Notes: generated by a model from the letters alone, not told the origin. A stretch of DNA of 64,000 bases from Eledone cirrhosa (GCA_964016885.1 OZ024750.1:17112001-17176000); one strand, 5' to 3'. Counted from the stretch's first letter, positions 26,567-45,143 are shown. Numbers and translations are program-made.

Positions 26567-26869
26567 TGTGTGTGTGTATCAAGCTGATAATCATCGTAAG
26601 AAGACGAGCAGTAGTACAATTGAATATACTATACAATACAATACAGAGTAGCAATATATTCTGCTCTATGGTATATTTATCCCACGGCAGTATATATAGT
26701 ATTTAGTATAACATGATAGACGACTATAAGAAAGACTATACAATATGTTTATGTATTAGCTATGATATATCATCATATATTTCTTTATCAGGTATCTCTT
26801 TATCTTATATATCCTTCGGCATTATACATATCTCAAAACTAATCATTTCCTAACTAACCCGAAGGAGTA

Positions 26870-27002
<133 letters not shown>

Positions 27003-27122
27003 GCATGCTACATGTAATTCATAAATATATATAAATATACATATATGTATATGCATGGTACATGTAATCTATATATATTTATAAATATATATATAGCGAG
27101 AGAGATAGATAGATAGATAGAG

Positions 27123-27153
<31 letters not shown>

Positions 27154-27207
27154 AGTAGAGAGAGAGAGAGATAAATACTATATATATATATGTGTGTATA
27201 TACAATT

Positions 27208-27296
<89 letters not shown>

Positions 27297-27512
27297 TATA
27301 AACATTTAATATATGTATGCATATTATATACAAACGCACAAACACAACCATATATATATATATATTATCAAATAATATATATATATATATATTATCAAAT
27401 AATTCTCTGGACATGCTTTACTCTCTCTCTCTCTCTATATATATATATCACTTTAAACAATTAATATTTATTTTGATTTCAGATATTCCCTGGAAAATTA
27501 AAAATTATTATC

Positions 27513-27617
27513 TGCCGAGGTTAACTTTGCCTTTCATCCTTACGGGGTCGATAAAATAAAGTACCAGTAATACACTGGGTAATTGCTGGCCTTGTGCCTA
27601 AAGTAGAAACAATTATT
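27513..27617 (+). mobile_element. SINE family 1, 5'-truncated
   Basis: gccgaggttaactttgcc...gtagaaacaattatt. Confidence 0.88.
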
Positions 27618-28112
27618 TAGAATTGTCAGAGCGTTCGTCGGAGCGATTTGAAGTGTTCAGTTAAATGTCTTTACATACTACGTTCAAATCGCGTCCAGGT
27701 TGGACGTGAGTTCCACCCTCCTGGTGTTGATAAAATGCACTACACGGACACATATGTTAGCACATACAGGCTCATACTCACCCACACTTATATATGTATG
27801 TGTACGCGCTTATACATATCTTCACAATATATATATATATATTGTTATACTTTTGGGAGGGTCATGGTGCCAATAAAAAATATATATATATATGAGAAAT
27901 CTTGCAAAACAAATTCAAAGATGAAGTATATAAATAAATAAATAAATAAATAACACATGCAAACACACACAGACACACATATATATATATATATATATAT
28001 ACATATATATACATTCATACATATATATACATACATATAGATGCATACATATACATACATATACATACATACATATACATATACATATATTTATATATAT
28101 ATATATATATAC

Positions 28113-28163
<51 letters not shown>

Positions 28164-28339
28164 CATACATATATATATATACATATATATATATACATAC
28201 ATATATATATATACATATATATATATACATATATATATACATACATACATATACACATACATATATATATATACATGCATACATATATATATACATATAT
28301 GCATACATATATATACATACATACATATACATACATACA

Positions 28340-28371
<32 letters not shown>

Positions 28372-28830
28372 CATACATACATACACATATATGTATATGT
28401 ATAAATGTATATATATATATATATATACATATATATTTATATATATATACAGAATATTATATATATATTATATATGTATGTATGTATGTGTGTGTGTGTG
28501 TATGTGTGTGTGGGTGCATGTTTATATATGTGTTTGTGCATCTGTAAAAGGGAAACGGAAACAACAAAGCAAATGACACATATGATAAAGACATTGTTTA
28601 ACCCGAGGCTATAGTCGAAGTCGCACGCCTCCAAAACATAGAAGCACTTGATTAGATATTGAACACCTTAACCATACAACTACTGCTTGCGCCTATTTCG
28701 AAATATATTTATTACTAGTTATATTATATGTCTGATATCAACTAAGACAAGTTATGTGGATCAACTCTAACATGAATCCTTGGCAATAATATATATATAC
28801 TTTAACTTTAATTATATCTCATAAAATAAT

Positions 28831-28947
28831 TGTTTCTACTTTAGGCACAAAGCCTGCAATTACCCAGTGCATTACTGGTACTTTATTTTATCGACCCCGT
28901 AAGGATGAAAGGCAAAGTCAACCTCGGCGAGATTTGAACTCAGATCG
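28831..28947 (-). mobile_element. SINE family 1, 5'-truncated, with TSD
   Basis: taaaataat at 28822-28830 and 28948-28956; the empty site is visible at 42976-42984. Confidence 0.9.
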
Positions 28948-29134
28948 TAAAATAATACAACTGGTTTTTCCACATTATACATATTGTTAGCACCCCAAAC
29001 ACTTAAATTGGGTTTATATTTTAATATAATCTAATGTTTGTTGAGTGAGATGGTTACCAGTCAGAGTTTAGCTTTAAACTATCTCTGTTATTGTATTAAA
29101 TATATAAATGCATATGTATATAAACTTTAATCTG

Positions 29135-29173
<39 letters not shown>

Positions 29174-29176
<3 letters not shown>

Positions 29177-29338
29177 CAAAGGAATTGTGGTAAGGAACCA
29201 GATGGACCATAATGCACCAGAGTACTCAATACATAGGGTAGTAGAGTGGGAAATAGGTAAAAGTATGACCCCGACGGCAGAGCTCAAGCCGTGTCGAAAC
29301 GGCTTGAGCTCTGCCGTCGGGGTCATACTTTTTCCTAT
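29174..29338 (-). mobile_element. Family A cassette, palindrome 29253-29338
   Basis: Near-perfect hairpin plus family tail, within (TA)n. Confidence 0.82.
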
Positions 29339-29369
29339 ATATATATATATATATATATATACATACATA

Positions 29370-29447
29370 CAGGGTGTCCCCAAAAATGCATACACTCTTC
29401 AAAAGCATTCTAATAGATAACTGTATATATTTTTTAGGGACACCCTA
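29370..29447. mobile_element. Tc1/mariner-type MITE
   Basis: TA|CAGGGTGTCCC-AAAAA ... TTTTT-AGGGACACCCT, TA flanks. Confidence 0.75.
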
Positions 29448-29482
29448 TATATATGCATTTGTTTACAATTGTTTCAGAGGAC

Positions 29483-29544
<62 letters not shown>

Positions 29545-29663
29545 GTCCTCTGAAATATTTGTAAACAAATAGATATTTTTAAAGAATTTGGTTTATTATT
29601 CTCCTACTATCATATATATATATATATATATATACATGTATATACATATATACACACATATAT

Positions 29664-29717
<54 letters not shown>

Positions 29718-30389
29718 TTGTGTGTGCGTGTGGGTGTGTGTATGCTTGTGTTTTTATACTTAAATATGAACGCATTTATTTATATCCATGTATACGTTTG
29801 TTTCTGTATATATCATACATATATATCATACATACGTAAGCACACAGAGGCGCATATATAATTTGTTTGAAAAATATATATATATATATATTCCATCCAT
29901 ATGCATGGTGGAAGCGTTTTATATACACTGGTAGATAAAACATCCACTTAAATACATACATACATACATATATGTATAAATAAATATCTATATATATACA
30001 CACACCCCACTCTCACTAAGCGTGAACCTAATACCATTTGTAACTTGTACTCCTGCGTTGTTGTTGTTTTTTATATTCCTATATATATATATAGATATAA
30101 ATATATAAATATATATATATAAATATATTTATAATTAAATATATATATATATATGTATAAATATATATATAATTAAATATATATATATATATATAATTAT
30201 ATATATATTTATATATAATTAAATATATATATAATTAAATATATATATATATATATATAATTAAATATATATATAATTAAATATATATATATATATATAA
30301 TTAAATATATATATATATATAATTAAATATATATATATATAATTAAATATATATATATATATAACTAAATATATATATATATAATTAAA

Positions 30390-30459
<70 letters not shown>

Positions 30460-30541
30460 CATATATATAATATATATATATATACATATATATAAATATA
30501 TATATATATACATATATATAAATATATATATCTATATATAC

Positions 30542-30584
<43 letters not shown>

Positions 30585-30633
30585 TATAAATATATATATA
30601 TATATACATATAAATATATATATCTATATATAC

Positions 30634-30675
<42 letters not shown>

Positions 30676-31260
30676 ATATATATAAATATATACATAAATT
30701 TATATATATAAATATATATAAATATATATAAATATATACATAAATTTATAAATAGATATACACATACACATACATTCGTGTGCGTGTGTGTGTGTTTTAA
30801 AGATTTATATGTAAAACGTATATATATTTATTTATATATATACATGTGTATATATGCACGAACATACATACAAACACACAGAGATACACACACACATGCA
30901 CTAATAATATGTATACGTATGTATGTGTGTTGCTGTATTTCAGAAAATGCGTGTGACAATTTTGAAATTAGTCTAAAGATCAGTGATACAAGAAGACAGA
31001 GGCAATGAGGCATTGACAATATCATTTTGTTGCTCTCTCTCTCTCTTTCTCAATTTCTCTCCCTCTCTCTATCTATTTCTATCCACCATCTCTATCCATC
31101 TCTCTTTCTCTCCCCCTCTCTATATATCTCTATTTCTCTCCCTCTATTCTAATTCGATTCTTTAGCGTAATGAATTTGCCATCTTTCCTCTCAAAGAATA
31201 TTTCCCCTATATAGTTGATATATATGTATATATACGAGTGTATATAATTGTGTATGTGTG

Positions 31261-31317
<57 letters not shown>

Positions 31318-31652
31318 TCACACACACATATATACGTGTGTGTGTGTATAAATAATATACAACTCTACTTCAGGACTGAGTCTTCAATCGTCCGTTTGTC
31401 AATATCACATGTGTATACACACACACACACATACATACACAATATACTATATATATCATATTAATTGATAAATATGTATATAGATATATACATATATATT
31501 ATATATATATATGCATATATTGTAACTATATACACATATATATTATATATATACATATATATTATATATATATATACATATATATTATATATATATACAT
31601 ATATATACACATATATATTATATATATATACATATATATATATTATATATAC

Positions 31653-31693
<41 letters not shown>

Positions 31694-32138
31694 TACATAT
31701 ATATATATAATATATATGTATATATGTATATATGTATATATGTATATATGTATGTATATATGTATATATATATACATATATACATATATATTATATATAT
31801 ATATTATATAAATACACATATATACATATATATATACATATATACATATATATATACATATATTATATATATATAATATATAAATATATATATTATATAT
31901 ATTATATATATATAATATATATATATAAATATGTACACGCATATATTATATAAATATGTGTGTATATATATATACATATATATTAGATATATATGTGTAT
32001 ATATATATATATATATATACATGTGTGTGTATATATATATAAATATATATACATATATATTATATATATGTGTGTGTATATATACATATATACATATATA
32101 TTATATATGTTTATATGCATATATACATATATATTATA

Positions 32139-32180
<42 letters not shown>

Positions 32181-32210
32181 CATACATACACATATATTAT
32201 ATATATATAT

Positions 32211-32277
<67 letters not shown>

Positions 32278-32381
32278 ATATATATATATATGCATATATA
32301 TACAGAATATTCACCTCTACTTCAGGATTGAGTACTCATTCTGCGGTAGTAAATTTCACAAGTGTATACATACATACACAC

Positions 32382-32545
32382 TTTCTGTAGCTATCCTATG
32401 TGATCATAGGATAGCTACAGAAATTTTGGTATTCCTGAAGAAGGGCTAATGCCCGACACGTCGAACTTTCCTCTTTTTCATATAAATCGTGAAACCAATA
32501 AGACATTTTGTACCTCTGTTTCGTCGTTTCCTTGGGGATTCTTTC
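32382..32545 (+). mobile_element. Family D-related cassette with 19-bp hairpin at the 5' junction
   Basis: Hairpin 32382-32423; CTGAAGA (32435-32441)-a-gggc-taat-gccc-GACAC-GTC-gaa; cgtgaaaccaataa. Confidence 0.7.
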
Positions 32546-32747
32546 TCACGTCGTGTAGACGCGTTCTTGAGACTAGTAAAATGAGGTATCCTCTTGATAA
32601 GTCGGCAGACCTCGCAAGGACTCTATATCTTTATGATATATTGTTTTTGTTTATGCCACGAAACTACGTAGTCGAGGAATTTAGGAGCAGTTTAGGTATG
32701 ATACATTTTATTACTAATTATATCTAAATGTTTCTTCTCTCTTCATA

Positions 32748-32827
<80 letters not shown>

Positions 32828-33021
32828 CAGCATTACTAAAGGTTACCGGCTGGTTTCATGCCAGGGAGAGCATTTTTATATCATCTCATAGGCGCTTCGT
32901 TTTAGTTTTGTTTTGTGATCGTTAGAAGCTCTTGATGATATCGAGACAAGAGCGAAAAGAAAAATTACTCGCCAAGCGGAAAATCTTAAAATATTATCTA
33001 TAAGTATTATCTACATACATG

Positions 33022-33062
<41 letters not shown>

Positions 33063-33117
33063 GCATATGTATATATATATATATATATGCATATGTATAT
33101 ATATATATATGCATATG

Positions 33118-33148
<31 letters not shown>

Positions 33149-33155
33149 GCATATG

Positions 33156-33186
<31 letters not shown>

Positions 33187-33201
33187 GCATATGTGTATAT
33201 A

Positions 33202-33280
<79 letters not shown>

Positions 33281-33365
33281 AATATATATATATATATATA
33301 ACTATATATGTATGTATATATATCTATATATGTATATATATTGATATATTTATGTGTATGTGTGT

Positions 33366-33425
<60 letters not shown>

Positions 33426-33499
33426 CTATATATGTATGTATATATATCTATATATGTATATATATTGATATATTTATGTGTATGTGTGTGTTTATATAT

Positions 33500-33532
<33 letters not shown>

Positions 33533-34014
33533 CCAATATGATATAATGACAAAAAGAAGCAAATATTTAATGTACAGAAACACAAACACATGCTCACACA
33601 CACACACGCGTGCACATAAACACATACACACATAAAGACAGACAGATACACATACACTCAAACCTGACATCTCATAAAGCTATTTATTTTTAATAGGTGA
33701 TCTAATATTACCTCCATAGTCAGGCAATTAAGAGCAAATAATTGAGTCAACATCTGTAAAGTATATTTAATTATAGAATGAAAATCAAATAAAATATTTT
33801 GTTATGACATTAATACAGTGTTTCTGTTATTGAAAAATATTTATTTTTATTAACCTATATATTTTAAATAGCTGTTTATATCCTTTAATTAACTATATGT
33901 GTATATTTTAGATATATTAAATGCATGTCTACCATTAAAATGTCTATCTATCTATGTGTGAATCTCTCAATCTATTAATCTATTTATCTACGTATCTAAC
34001 TATTCCTCTCACAG

Positions 34015-34111
<97 letters not shown>

Positions 34112-34573
34112 TACATATATACATATATATATACATATATACATATATATATACATATATACATATATATATACATATATACATATATATATACAAACAT
34201 ATATACATATATATATACATATATACATATATATATACATATATACATATATATATACATATATACATATATATATATACATATATATACATATATATAT
34301 ATACATATATATACATATATATATATACATATATATACATATATATATATACATATATATACATATATATATATACATATATATACATATATATATATAC
34401 ATATATATATATACATATATACATATCTATACATATATATATATATATATAGATATCTATACATATATATATACATATATATATACTAATATATATATAC
34501 ATATATATATATATAACACATATATATATATAACATATATATATATATAACACATATATATATATAATACATA

Positions 34574-34623
<50 letters not shown>

Positions 34624-34644
34624 ACATATATATATATAACACAC

Positions 34645-34675
<31 letters not shown>

Positions 34676-34834
34676 CATATATACATATATACATATATAC
34701 ATACATATATTTATCTATATACACACACACATATATATACATATATATATATATATATAATACACACACACACACACATATATATATATATTATGTTATA
34801 TTATATACATTAATTAATTATGAATTATATAATG

Positions 34835-34914
<80 letters not shown>

Positions 34915-35087
34915 GCACTCACTCACTCACACACACACACACACATACATTTAAATCGGTGTAAATATTTTGTTAACAATGTTTCTGAAAGGATCATTAA
35001 AAATAGCTTTAATGTGATTATTTTTAAATATATTGTAAAACGAACAACTTCATGTCATTGACGATGTCTACACGTCTCTCATACACG

Positions 35088-35182
<95 letters not shown>

Positions 35183-35495
35183 TATACATATATATATACA
35201 CATATATATATATAGAGATATATGTGTGCATATGTACACATACACACATATATATATATATACATACATATATGTGTGCATATGTACATATACATACATA
35301 CACACACACATATATATATATATATACATATATGTATGTGTGCATATGTACATATACATACGTACACATACATACGTACACACACACATATATATACATA
35401 CATACATATATGTGTTCATATGTACATATACATACATACGTACACACACATATATATACATGCATACATATATGTGTTCATATGTACATATACAT

Positions 35496-35529
<34 letters not shown>

Positions 35530-35629
35530 GTATACATACATATATATGTGCATATGTACATATACATACACACACTAACACACATATATATATATACATG
35601 CATGTGTGCATATGTACATATATATACAT

Positions 35630-35718
<89 letters not shown>

Positions 35719-35751
35719 CAAATATGTGTGCATATGTACATATACATACAT

Positions 35752-35782
<31 letters not shown>

Positions 35783-35891
35783 GATACATATATGTGTGTA
35801 TATGTACATATACATACGTACACACACACACACACATATATATATCTATACATACATACATATATGTGTGCATATGTACATATACATACGT

Positions 35892-35924
<33 letters not shown>

Positions 35925-36233
35925 CATACATACATGTGTATATGTACACACACACACACACACACGCACGCACACACATATATATATATGTATATATACA
36001 TATATCTATATATGTGTGAGTGTTTGCACATATGTACATACATATCTAAGAGCTGTATTAATTCTGTTATTATCGATATATATATATTTTTAATTGATTT
36101 TGTTTTCTTTAACATCCATAAATAAATTAAGGGATACAGATTTCCCAAACCCTATGTGAACGTATATTTTATTTTGTTAATTGTCATTAATATGAATTTG
36201 AATGGATGGATAGATAATGATCTATATTCGTTA

Positions 36234-36433
36234 NNNNNNNNNNNNNNNNNNNNNNNNNNNNNNNNNNNNNNNNNNNNNNNNNNNNNNNNNNNNNNNNNNN
36301 NNNNNNNNNNNNNNNNNNNNNNNNNNNNNNNNNNNNNNNNNNNNNNNNNNNNNNNNNNNNNNNNNNNNNNNNNNNNNNNNNNNNNNNNNNNNNNNNNNNN
36401 NNNNNNNNNNNNNNNNNNNNNNNNNNNNNNNNN
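36234..36433. other. Assembly gap, exactly 200 N
   Basis: Directly visible. Confidence 0.99.
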
Positions 36434-36512
36434 GAGACAAGAGCGAAAAGAAAAATTACTCGCCAAGCGGAAAATCTTAAAATATTATCTATAAGTATTA
36501 TCTACATACATG

Positions 36513-36549
<37 letters not shown>

Positions 36550-36610
36550 GCATATGCATATGTATATATATATATATATATGCATATGTATATATATATA
36601 TATGCATATG

Positions 36611-36641
<31 letters not shown>

Positions 36642-36648
36642 GCATATG

Positions 36649-36679
<31 letters not shown>

Positions 36680-36694
36680 GCATATGTGTATATA

Positions 36695-36761
<67 letters not shown>

Positions 36762-36846
36762 AATATATATATATATATATAACTATATATGTATGTATAT
36801 ATATCTATATATGTATATATATTGATATATTTATGTGTATGTGTGT

Positions 36847-36877
<31 letters not shown>

Positions 36878-37457
36878 ACTATATATGTATGTATATATAT
36901 CTATATATGTATATATATTGATATATTTATGTGTATGTGTGTGTTTTTATATATATATATATATATATATATCCAATATGATATAATGACAAAAAAGAAG
37001 CAAATATTTAATGTACAGAAACACAAACACATGCTCACACACACACACGCGTGCACATAAACACATACACACATAAAGACAGACAGATACACATACACTC
37101 AAACCTGACATCTCATAAAGCTATTTATTTTTAATAGGTGATCTAATATTACCTCCATAGTCAGGCAATTAAGAGCAAATAATTGAGTCAACATCTGTAA
37201 AGTATATTTAATTATAGAATGAAAATCAAATAAAATATTTTGTTATGACATTAATACAGTGTTTCTGTTATTGAAAAATATTTATTTTTATTAACCTATA
37301 TATTTTAAATAGCTGTTTATATCCTTTAATTAACTATATGTGTATATTTTAGATATATTAAATGCATGTCTACCATTAAAATGTCTATCTATCTATGTGT
37401 GAATCTCTCAATCTATTAATCTATTTATCTACGTATCTAACTATTCCTCTCACAGAC

Positions 37458-37592
<135 letters not shown>

Positions 37593-37879
37593 TACATATA
37601 TACATATATATATACATATATACATATATATATACATATATACATATATATATACATATATACATATATATATACAAACATATATACATATATATATACA
37701 TATATACATATATATATACATATATACATATATATATACATATATATATACATATATACATATATATATATACATATATATACATATATATATATACATA
37801 TATATACATATATATATATACATATATATACATATATATATATACATATATATACATATATATATATACATATATATAC

Positions 37880-37910
<31 letters not shown>

Positions 37911-38159
37911 CATATCTATACATATATATATATATATAGATATCTATACATATATATATACATATATATATACTAATATATATATACATATATATATATA
38001 TAACACATATATATATATAACACATATATATATATAACACATATATATATATAATACATATATATATAACATATATATATATAACACACATATATATATA
38101 TATACATATATACATATATACATATATACATACATATATTTATCTATATACACACACAC

Positions 38160-38190
<31 letters not shown>

Positions 38191-38265
38191 ATACACACAC
38201 ACACACACATATATATATATATTATGTTATATTATATACATTAATTAATTATGAATTATATAATG

Positions 38266-38381
<116 letters not shown>

Positions 38382-38549
38382 GCACTCACTCACTCACACA
38401 CACACACACACATACATTTAAATCGGTGTAAATATTTTGTTAACAATGTTTCTGAAAGGATCATTAAAAATATCTTTAATGTGATTATTTTAAAATATAC
38501 TGTAAAACGAACAACTTCATGTCATTGACGATGTCTACACGTCTCTCAT

Positions 38550-38672
<123 letters not shown>

Positions 38673-38735
38673 CATATATATATACACATATATATATATA
38701 TAGATATATGTGTGCATATGTACATATACATACAT

Positions 38736-38766
<31 letters not shown>

Positions 38767-39147
38767 CATATATGTATGTGTGCATATGTACATATACATA
38801 CATACATACACACACATATATATATACATACATATATATACACATATATATATATACATACATATATGTGTGCGTATGAGTGCATATGTACACATACACA
38901 CATATATATATATATACATACATATATGTGTGCATATGTACATATACATACATACACACACACATATATATATATATATACATATATGTATGTGTGCATA
39001 TGTACATATACATACGTACACATACATACGTACACACACACATATACATACATACATATATGTGTTCATATGTACATATACATACATACGTACACACACA
39101 TATATATACATGCATACATATATGTGTTCATATGTACATATACATAC

Positions 39148-39181
<34 letters not shown>

Positions 39182-39281
39182 GTATACATACATATATATG
39201 TGCACATGTACATATACATACACACACAAACACACATATATATATATACATGCATGTGTGCATATGTACATATATATACAT

Positions 39282-39324
<43 letters not shown>

Positions 39325-39326
<2 letters not shown>

Positions 39327-39369
39327 TGAGATTCTACAGGACTAGAACTGTTTCATTCATTAGAAATCA
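39325..39369 (-). mobile_element. Family B inverted arm only; absent from the first duplicate copy
   Basis: Identical to 8338-8382; the equivalent site at ~35640-35712 is plain (TA)n. Confidence 0.85.
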
Positions 39370-39377
39370 CATATTTG

Positions 39378-39455
<78 letters not shown>

Positions 39456-39632
39456 CATATATGTGTGCATATGTACATATACATACATACACACACACAC
39501 ACACATGTATATATATATATATAGATACATATATGTGTGTATATGTACATATACATACGTACACACACACACACACATATATATATCTATACATACATAC
39601 ATATATGTGTGCATATGTACATATACATACGT

Positions 39633-39663
<31 letters not shown>

Positions 39664-39682
39664 CATACATACATGTGTATAT

Positions 39683-39723
<41 letters not shown>

Positions 39724-40166
39724 CATATATATATATGTATATATACATATATCTATATATGTGTGAGTGTTTGCACATATGTACATACATATCTAAGAGC
39801 TGTATTAATTCTGTTATTATCGATATATATATATTTTTAATTGATTTTGTTTTCTTTAACATCCATAAATAAATTAAGGGATACAGATTTCCCAAACCCT
39901 ATGTGAACGTATATTTTATTTTGTTAATTGTCATTAATATGAATTTGAATGGATGGATAGATAATGATCTATATTCGTTATAGAAGTCATATATATAAAT
40001 TATATATATATATATATTTATATTTATTTATATATATATATTTATTTATTTATATATATTTATATATATATATATATATATATATTTATTTATATATATA
40101 TATATATTTATTTATATATATTTATATATATATATATTTATTTATATATATTTATATATATATATT

Positions 40167-40198
<32 letters not shown>

Positions 40199-40340
40199 AA
40201 TAAATATATATATATATAAATATATATATATTTATAAATATATATATTTATTTATATATATTTATTTATATATATATATATATTTATTTATATATATTTA
40301 TATATATATATATTTATTTATATATATTTATATATATATT

Positions 40341-40475
40341 TATATTTGGGGAGGGTCATATTTGCGTAATATTCTGGCAATATTACGCAAATATGACCCT
40401 CCCCAAATATAACAATATCTGTTTCGACACACGATTTCATATAAAAAACCTCGCAAAACTAATTCATCGCCGCTA
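40341..40475 (+). mobile_element. Family C cassette, palindrome plus tail
   Basis: tatatttggggagggtcatatttgcgtaatatt / aatattacgcaaatatgaccctccccaaatata, then ctgtttcgacacacg...ttcatcgccg. Confidence 0.8.
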
Positions 40476-40497
40476 TATATATTTATATATATATATT

Positions 40498-40529
<32 letters not shown>

Positions 40530-41270
40530 AATATATATATATATAAATATATATAAATAAATATATATATATATAAATATATATATATTTATAAATATAT
40601 ATATTTATTTATATATATTTATTTATATATATATTTATTTATATATATTTATTTATTTATATATATTTATATATATATTTATTTATATATATTTATATAT
40701 ATATATATATATATATTTATTTATATATATTTATTTATATATATTTATTTAACTATATTTATATATATATATATATTTATTTATATATATTTATTTATAT
40801 ATATTTATTTATATATATTTATTTATATATATTTATATATATATTTATAAATATATATATATATTTATATGTCTGTGTGTGTGCATGTATGTCTGTGTAT
40901 ATACATATAGGAGGACTCCGCCCCCTCGATCCTCTCAGGAAAAAGTGGGCGAAGAATAACAATATATATATATATATGTAGACAAACACACACAAACTCA
41001 CACAGACACACACGCACACACAGACACAAACATATATGTTTCTATGTATGTATATGTTTACGTTAGCATATATATCTGCAATGGATAGAAATATTTTTCC
41101 AATTATATATCTTATCAGTATATATTTAAATTTATATAAAAATTATATTAGGAATGTGTTTATTTTTATCATAAATATGTGTATATTTTATTAACATTTA
41201 TTGACAGATACGGATATATTTTATATAATATATTTTTAAGTGGATGGTTATAAATATATATATATATATA

Positions 41271-41334
<64 letters not shown>

Positions 41335-41574
41335 ATCAATTATATTTTATTTTTTATACATATTTCAGAGGTATTGAGTTAAGTTGAACAGTACGTCCTC
41401 ATCATATAAAATAAAACGATACATGACATACCCTGACATATTAGATGGTTAAGATTTAGTCATATTATTTTGAATTAATATTAATAACTCTGGAAAACTT
41501 TTACTGTTGAGCGCTTCCAATCTATTGTAAAACTCATTCTTTGATGTATTCATTGAACCTTGTTTAACTTTTCA

Positions 41575-41657
<83 letters not shown>

Positions 41658-41785
41658 TTGCTATTAACAATGCATATCTATCATATATTGAAATATGTTC
41701 ATTTTTTATATATTATAAAAATTATTTTTAAATTATTCATATATCTTCATACTAACGGTATATATGTTTATTTTTATTAATAAAT

Positions 41786-41888
<103 letters not shown>

Positions 41889-41954
41889 TAGATATATATA
41901 TATATAGATATATATATATATGTATATATGTATATATATATGTATATATATGAA

Positions 41955-42051
<97 letters not shown>

Positions 42052-42130
42052 CATAAAAATCTAAATACATGCAAACAAAACTTCATCATTCTTATTAATA
42101 TATATATATATACATTTACATGAGAGAGAG

Positions 42131-42219
<89 letters not shown>

Positions 42220-42667
42220 ATCATATGCATATATTTATTTATATATATATATACGTATATAGACAAATATAATAGATAAGTAGATAAGCTAGACCATAGA
42301 TGAAATTCTTTGTGTCATAAAGTAACATTTATTTGCATTCGCTTCTGTTTCTAGTTCAAATCCCACTCAACTCAACTCGTCTTTCGTATACCAGGCAATT
42401 TCTGGACCCTTCTTAATAGGCTATATTTCGTCAAACATGTCGACTGGTATTGGAATTAAGAGTAGAATTAGTAAAATTGTCACTAAACACACAAAGCCAG
42501 TTGTTGGAACGAAGCTGTTTCGAATCTAGTCGTTTATATTATTCCCATTGGTAATGTGTTTGAGGAAGGCATCAGTGTTACATCGTTCATGTGTTCATAT
42601 AGTTTATAGTGTTTCTACGAACATTCAAAATTATGGAGGCGAAAATCTTCATTTTCAACACTCACAT

Positions 42668-42729
<62 letters not shown>

Positions 42730-42732
<3 letters not shown>

Positions 42733-42890
42733 CACACACCCTTTGAACTCTCTTCCCACACACTTGTCACCTGAGGAAGGGCTTATGCCCGAAACGTCGT
42801 TCCCCACCACCACCCCACTCTCCAGAGCGTGAAATTAATAAACATTCGTTGTACTGCCTCTCTGTTTTGTTCCTGTTCAAATTTTCCATT
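42730..42890 (+). mobile_element. Family D cassette with hammerhead core
   Basis: CTGAGGA (42771-42777)-a-GGGC-ttat-GCCC-GAAAC-GTC; matches 19230-19390. Confidence 0.8.
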
Positions 42891-43215
42891 ATATATATAT
42901 ATATAACTTGTAGAAAACTTATAATGAAACAATTGTTTGGAAAGAGAGATATACTTTAACTTTAATTATATCTCATAAAATAATACAACTGGTTTTTCCA
43001 CATTATACATTTTGTTAGCACCCCAAACACTTAAATTGGGTTTATTTTTTAATATAACCTAATGTTTGTTGAGTGAGATGGTTACCAGTCAGAGTTTAGC
43101 TTTAAACTATCTCTGTTATTGTATTAATTATATATATATTTATTTATTTATTAAAATAACAGATTAAAGTTTAAGCAAAGAATCTTTGGATTTTAGTCTT
43201 CAAATTTATTATTAT

Positions 43216-43573
<358 letters not shown>

Positions 43574-44003
43574 ATGATAATAAATATGGTACTAGGAATA
43601 ATTAGGCAGGTAGAAAGGGTACACCCACACATACCAATAAGGAATGGACCAATGTCAATATTGACTATGAATCTTCCAATTGTCTGATCAATGTAACAGA
43701 CTACATATGAAATTAACGTGTAAGTGACTGAGCATTCCACAGACACATATACTCTTTACGTAATTTTCAGGGAGACTTTCAATGCAACACAGTGTGGGAA
43801 AAGATGTAACATCGTGACTTTTTAAAACGAGATATACAGGCCTCCGACGATCTTTTAAACACTTTCTGCCTACCGAAGATACCGCAAATGTCACTTGCAC
43901 AAGAAACCATAATAATTGCGAAACAAACCGGTCATATTTAATAAATATACATATATATATACACATAGGCGCGTGCACACACATATGTATATACATATAT
44001 ATA

Positions 44004-44107
44004 CAGGGTGTCCCCAAAAAAATGTATACGCACTTCAACATCATTCTAATAAATATTGCCTGTAATGGTAATCAAAGCGTGTATATATTTATTTTCGACA
44101 CCCTACC

Positions 44108-44110
<3 letters not shown>
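44004..44110. mobile_element. Tc1/mariner-type MITE
   Basis: TA|CAGGGTGTCCCCAAAAA ... gacaccctaccctg|TA. Confidence 0.72.
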
Positions 44111-44153
<43 letters not shown>

Positions 44154-44181
44154 AATGAATAATAATTGGATAATCCTATAC

Positions 44182-44240
<59 letters not shown>

Positions 44241-44564
44241 CTGGGGTGTGTGTGTGTGTGCGCACACACACACACACACACACAGGTATATAGAGTATTG
44301 CCCAAAAGGGGTTTGAAGCGTAATATGGAGAATTTCCAGGTAACATATTTTCAAGATCTGGAATAAAAATTATTGTTATAAAAGATAATTTTGGAATGGT
44401 AAATTCATATGCTTCCTGTATATATATACACACACACACATACACACATATATGTATATATATATATGTGTGTGTATATGTATAGTTGGGAGGAACCGGT
44501 TCTTTTAGCTTAATACTCAACCTGCATTTTCCACGTAGGAATGACGGAGTATTTTTTTCTATAA

Positions 44565-44570
44565 ATATTC

Positions 44571-44603
<33 letters not shown>

Positions 44604-44651
44604 TATAGATTCATATCTATATATATATATTCATATATATATATACATATA

Positions 44652-44688
<37 letters not shown>

Positions 44689-44696
44689 TATATATG

Positions 44697-44779
<83 letters not shown>

Positions 44780-44780
44780 C

Positions 44781-44814
<34 letters not shown>

Positions 44815-45112
44815 GTATATATATATACATATATATATATATACATATACATATATATATATATACACATATTCATATATATATATATATACATATATTC
44901 ATATATATATATACATATATTCATATATATATACATACATATATTCATATATATATACATACATATATTCATATATATATACATACATATATTCATATAT
45001 ATATACATACATATATTCATATATATATATACATACATATATTCATATATATATACATACATATATTCATATATATATACATACATATATTCATATATAT
45101 ATACATATATTC

Positions 45113-45143
<31 letters not shown>

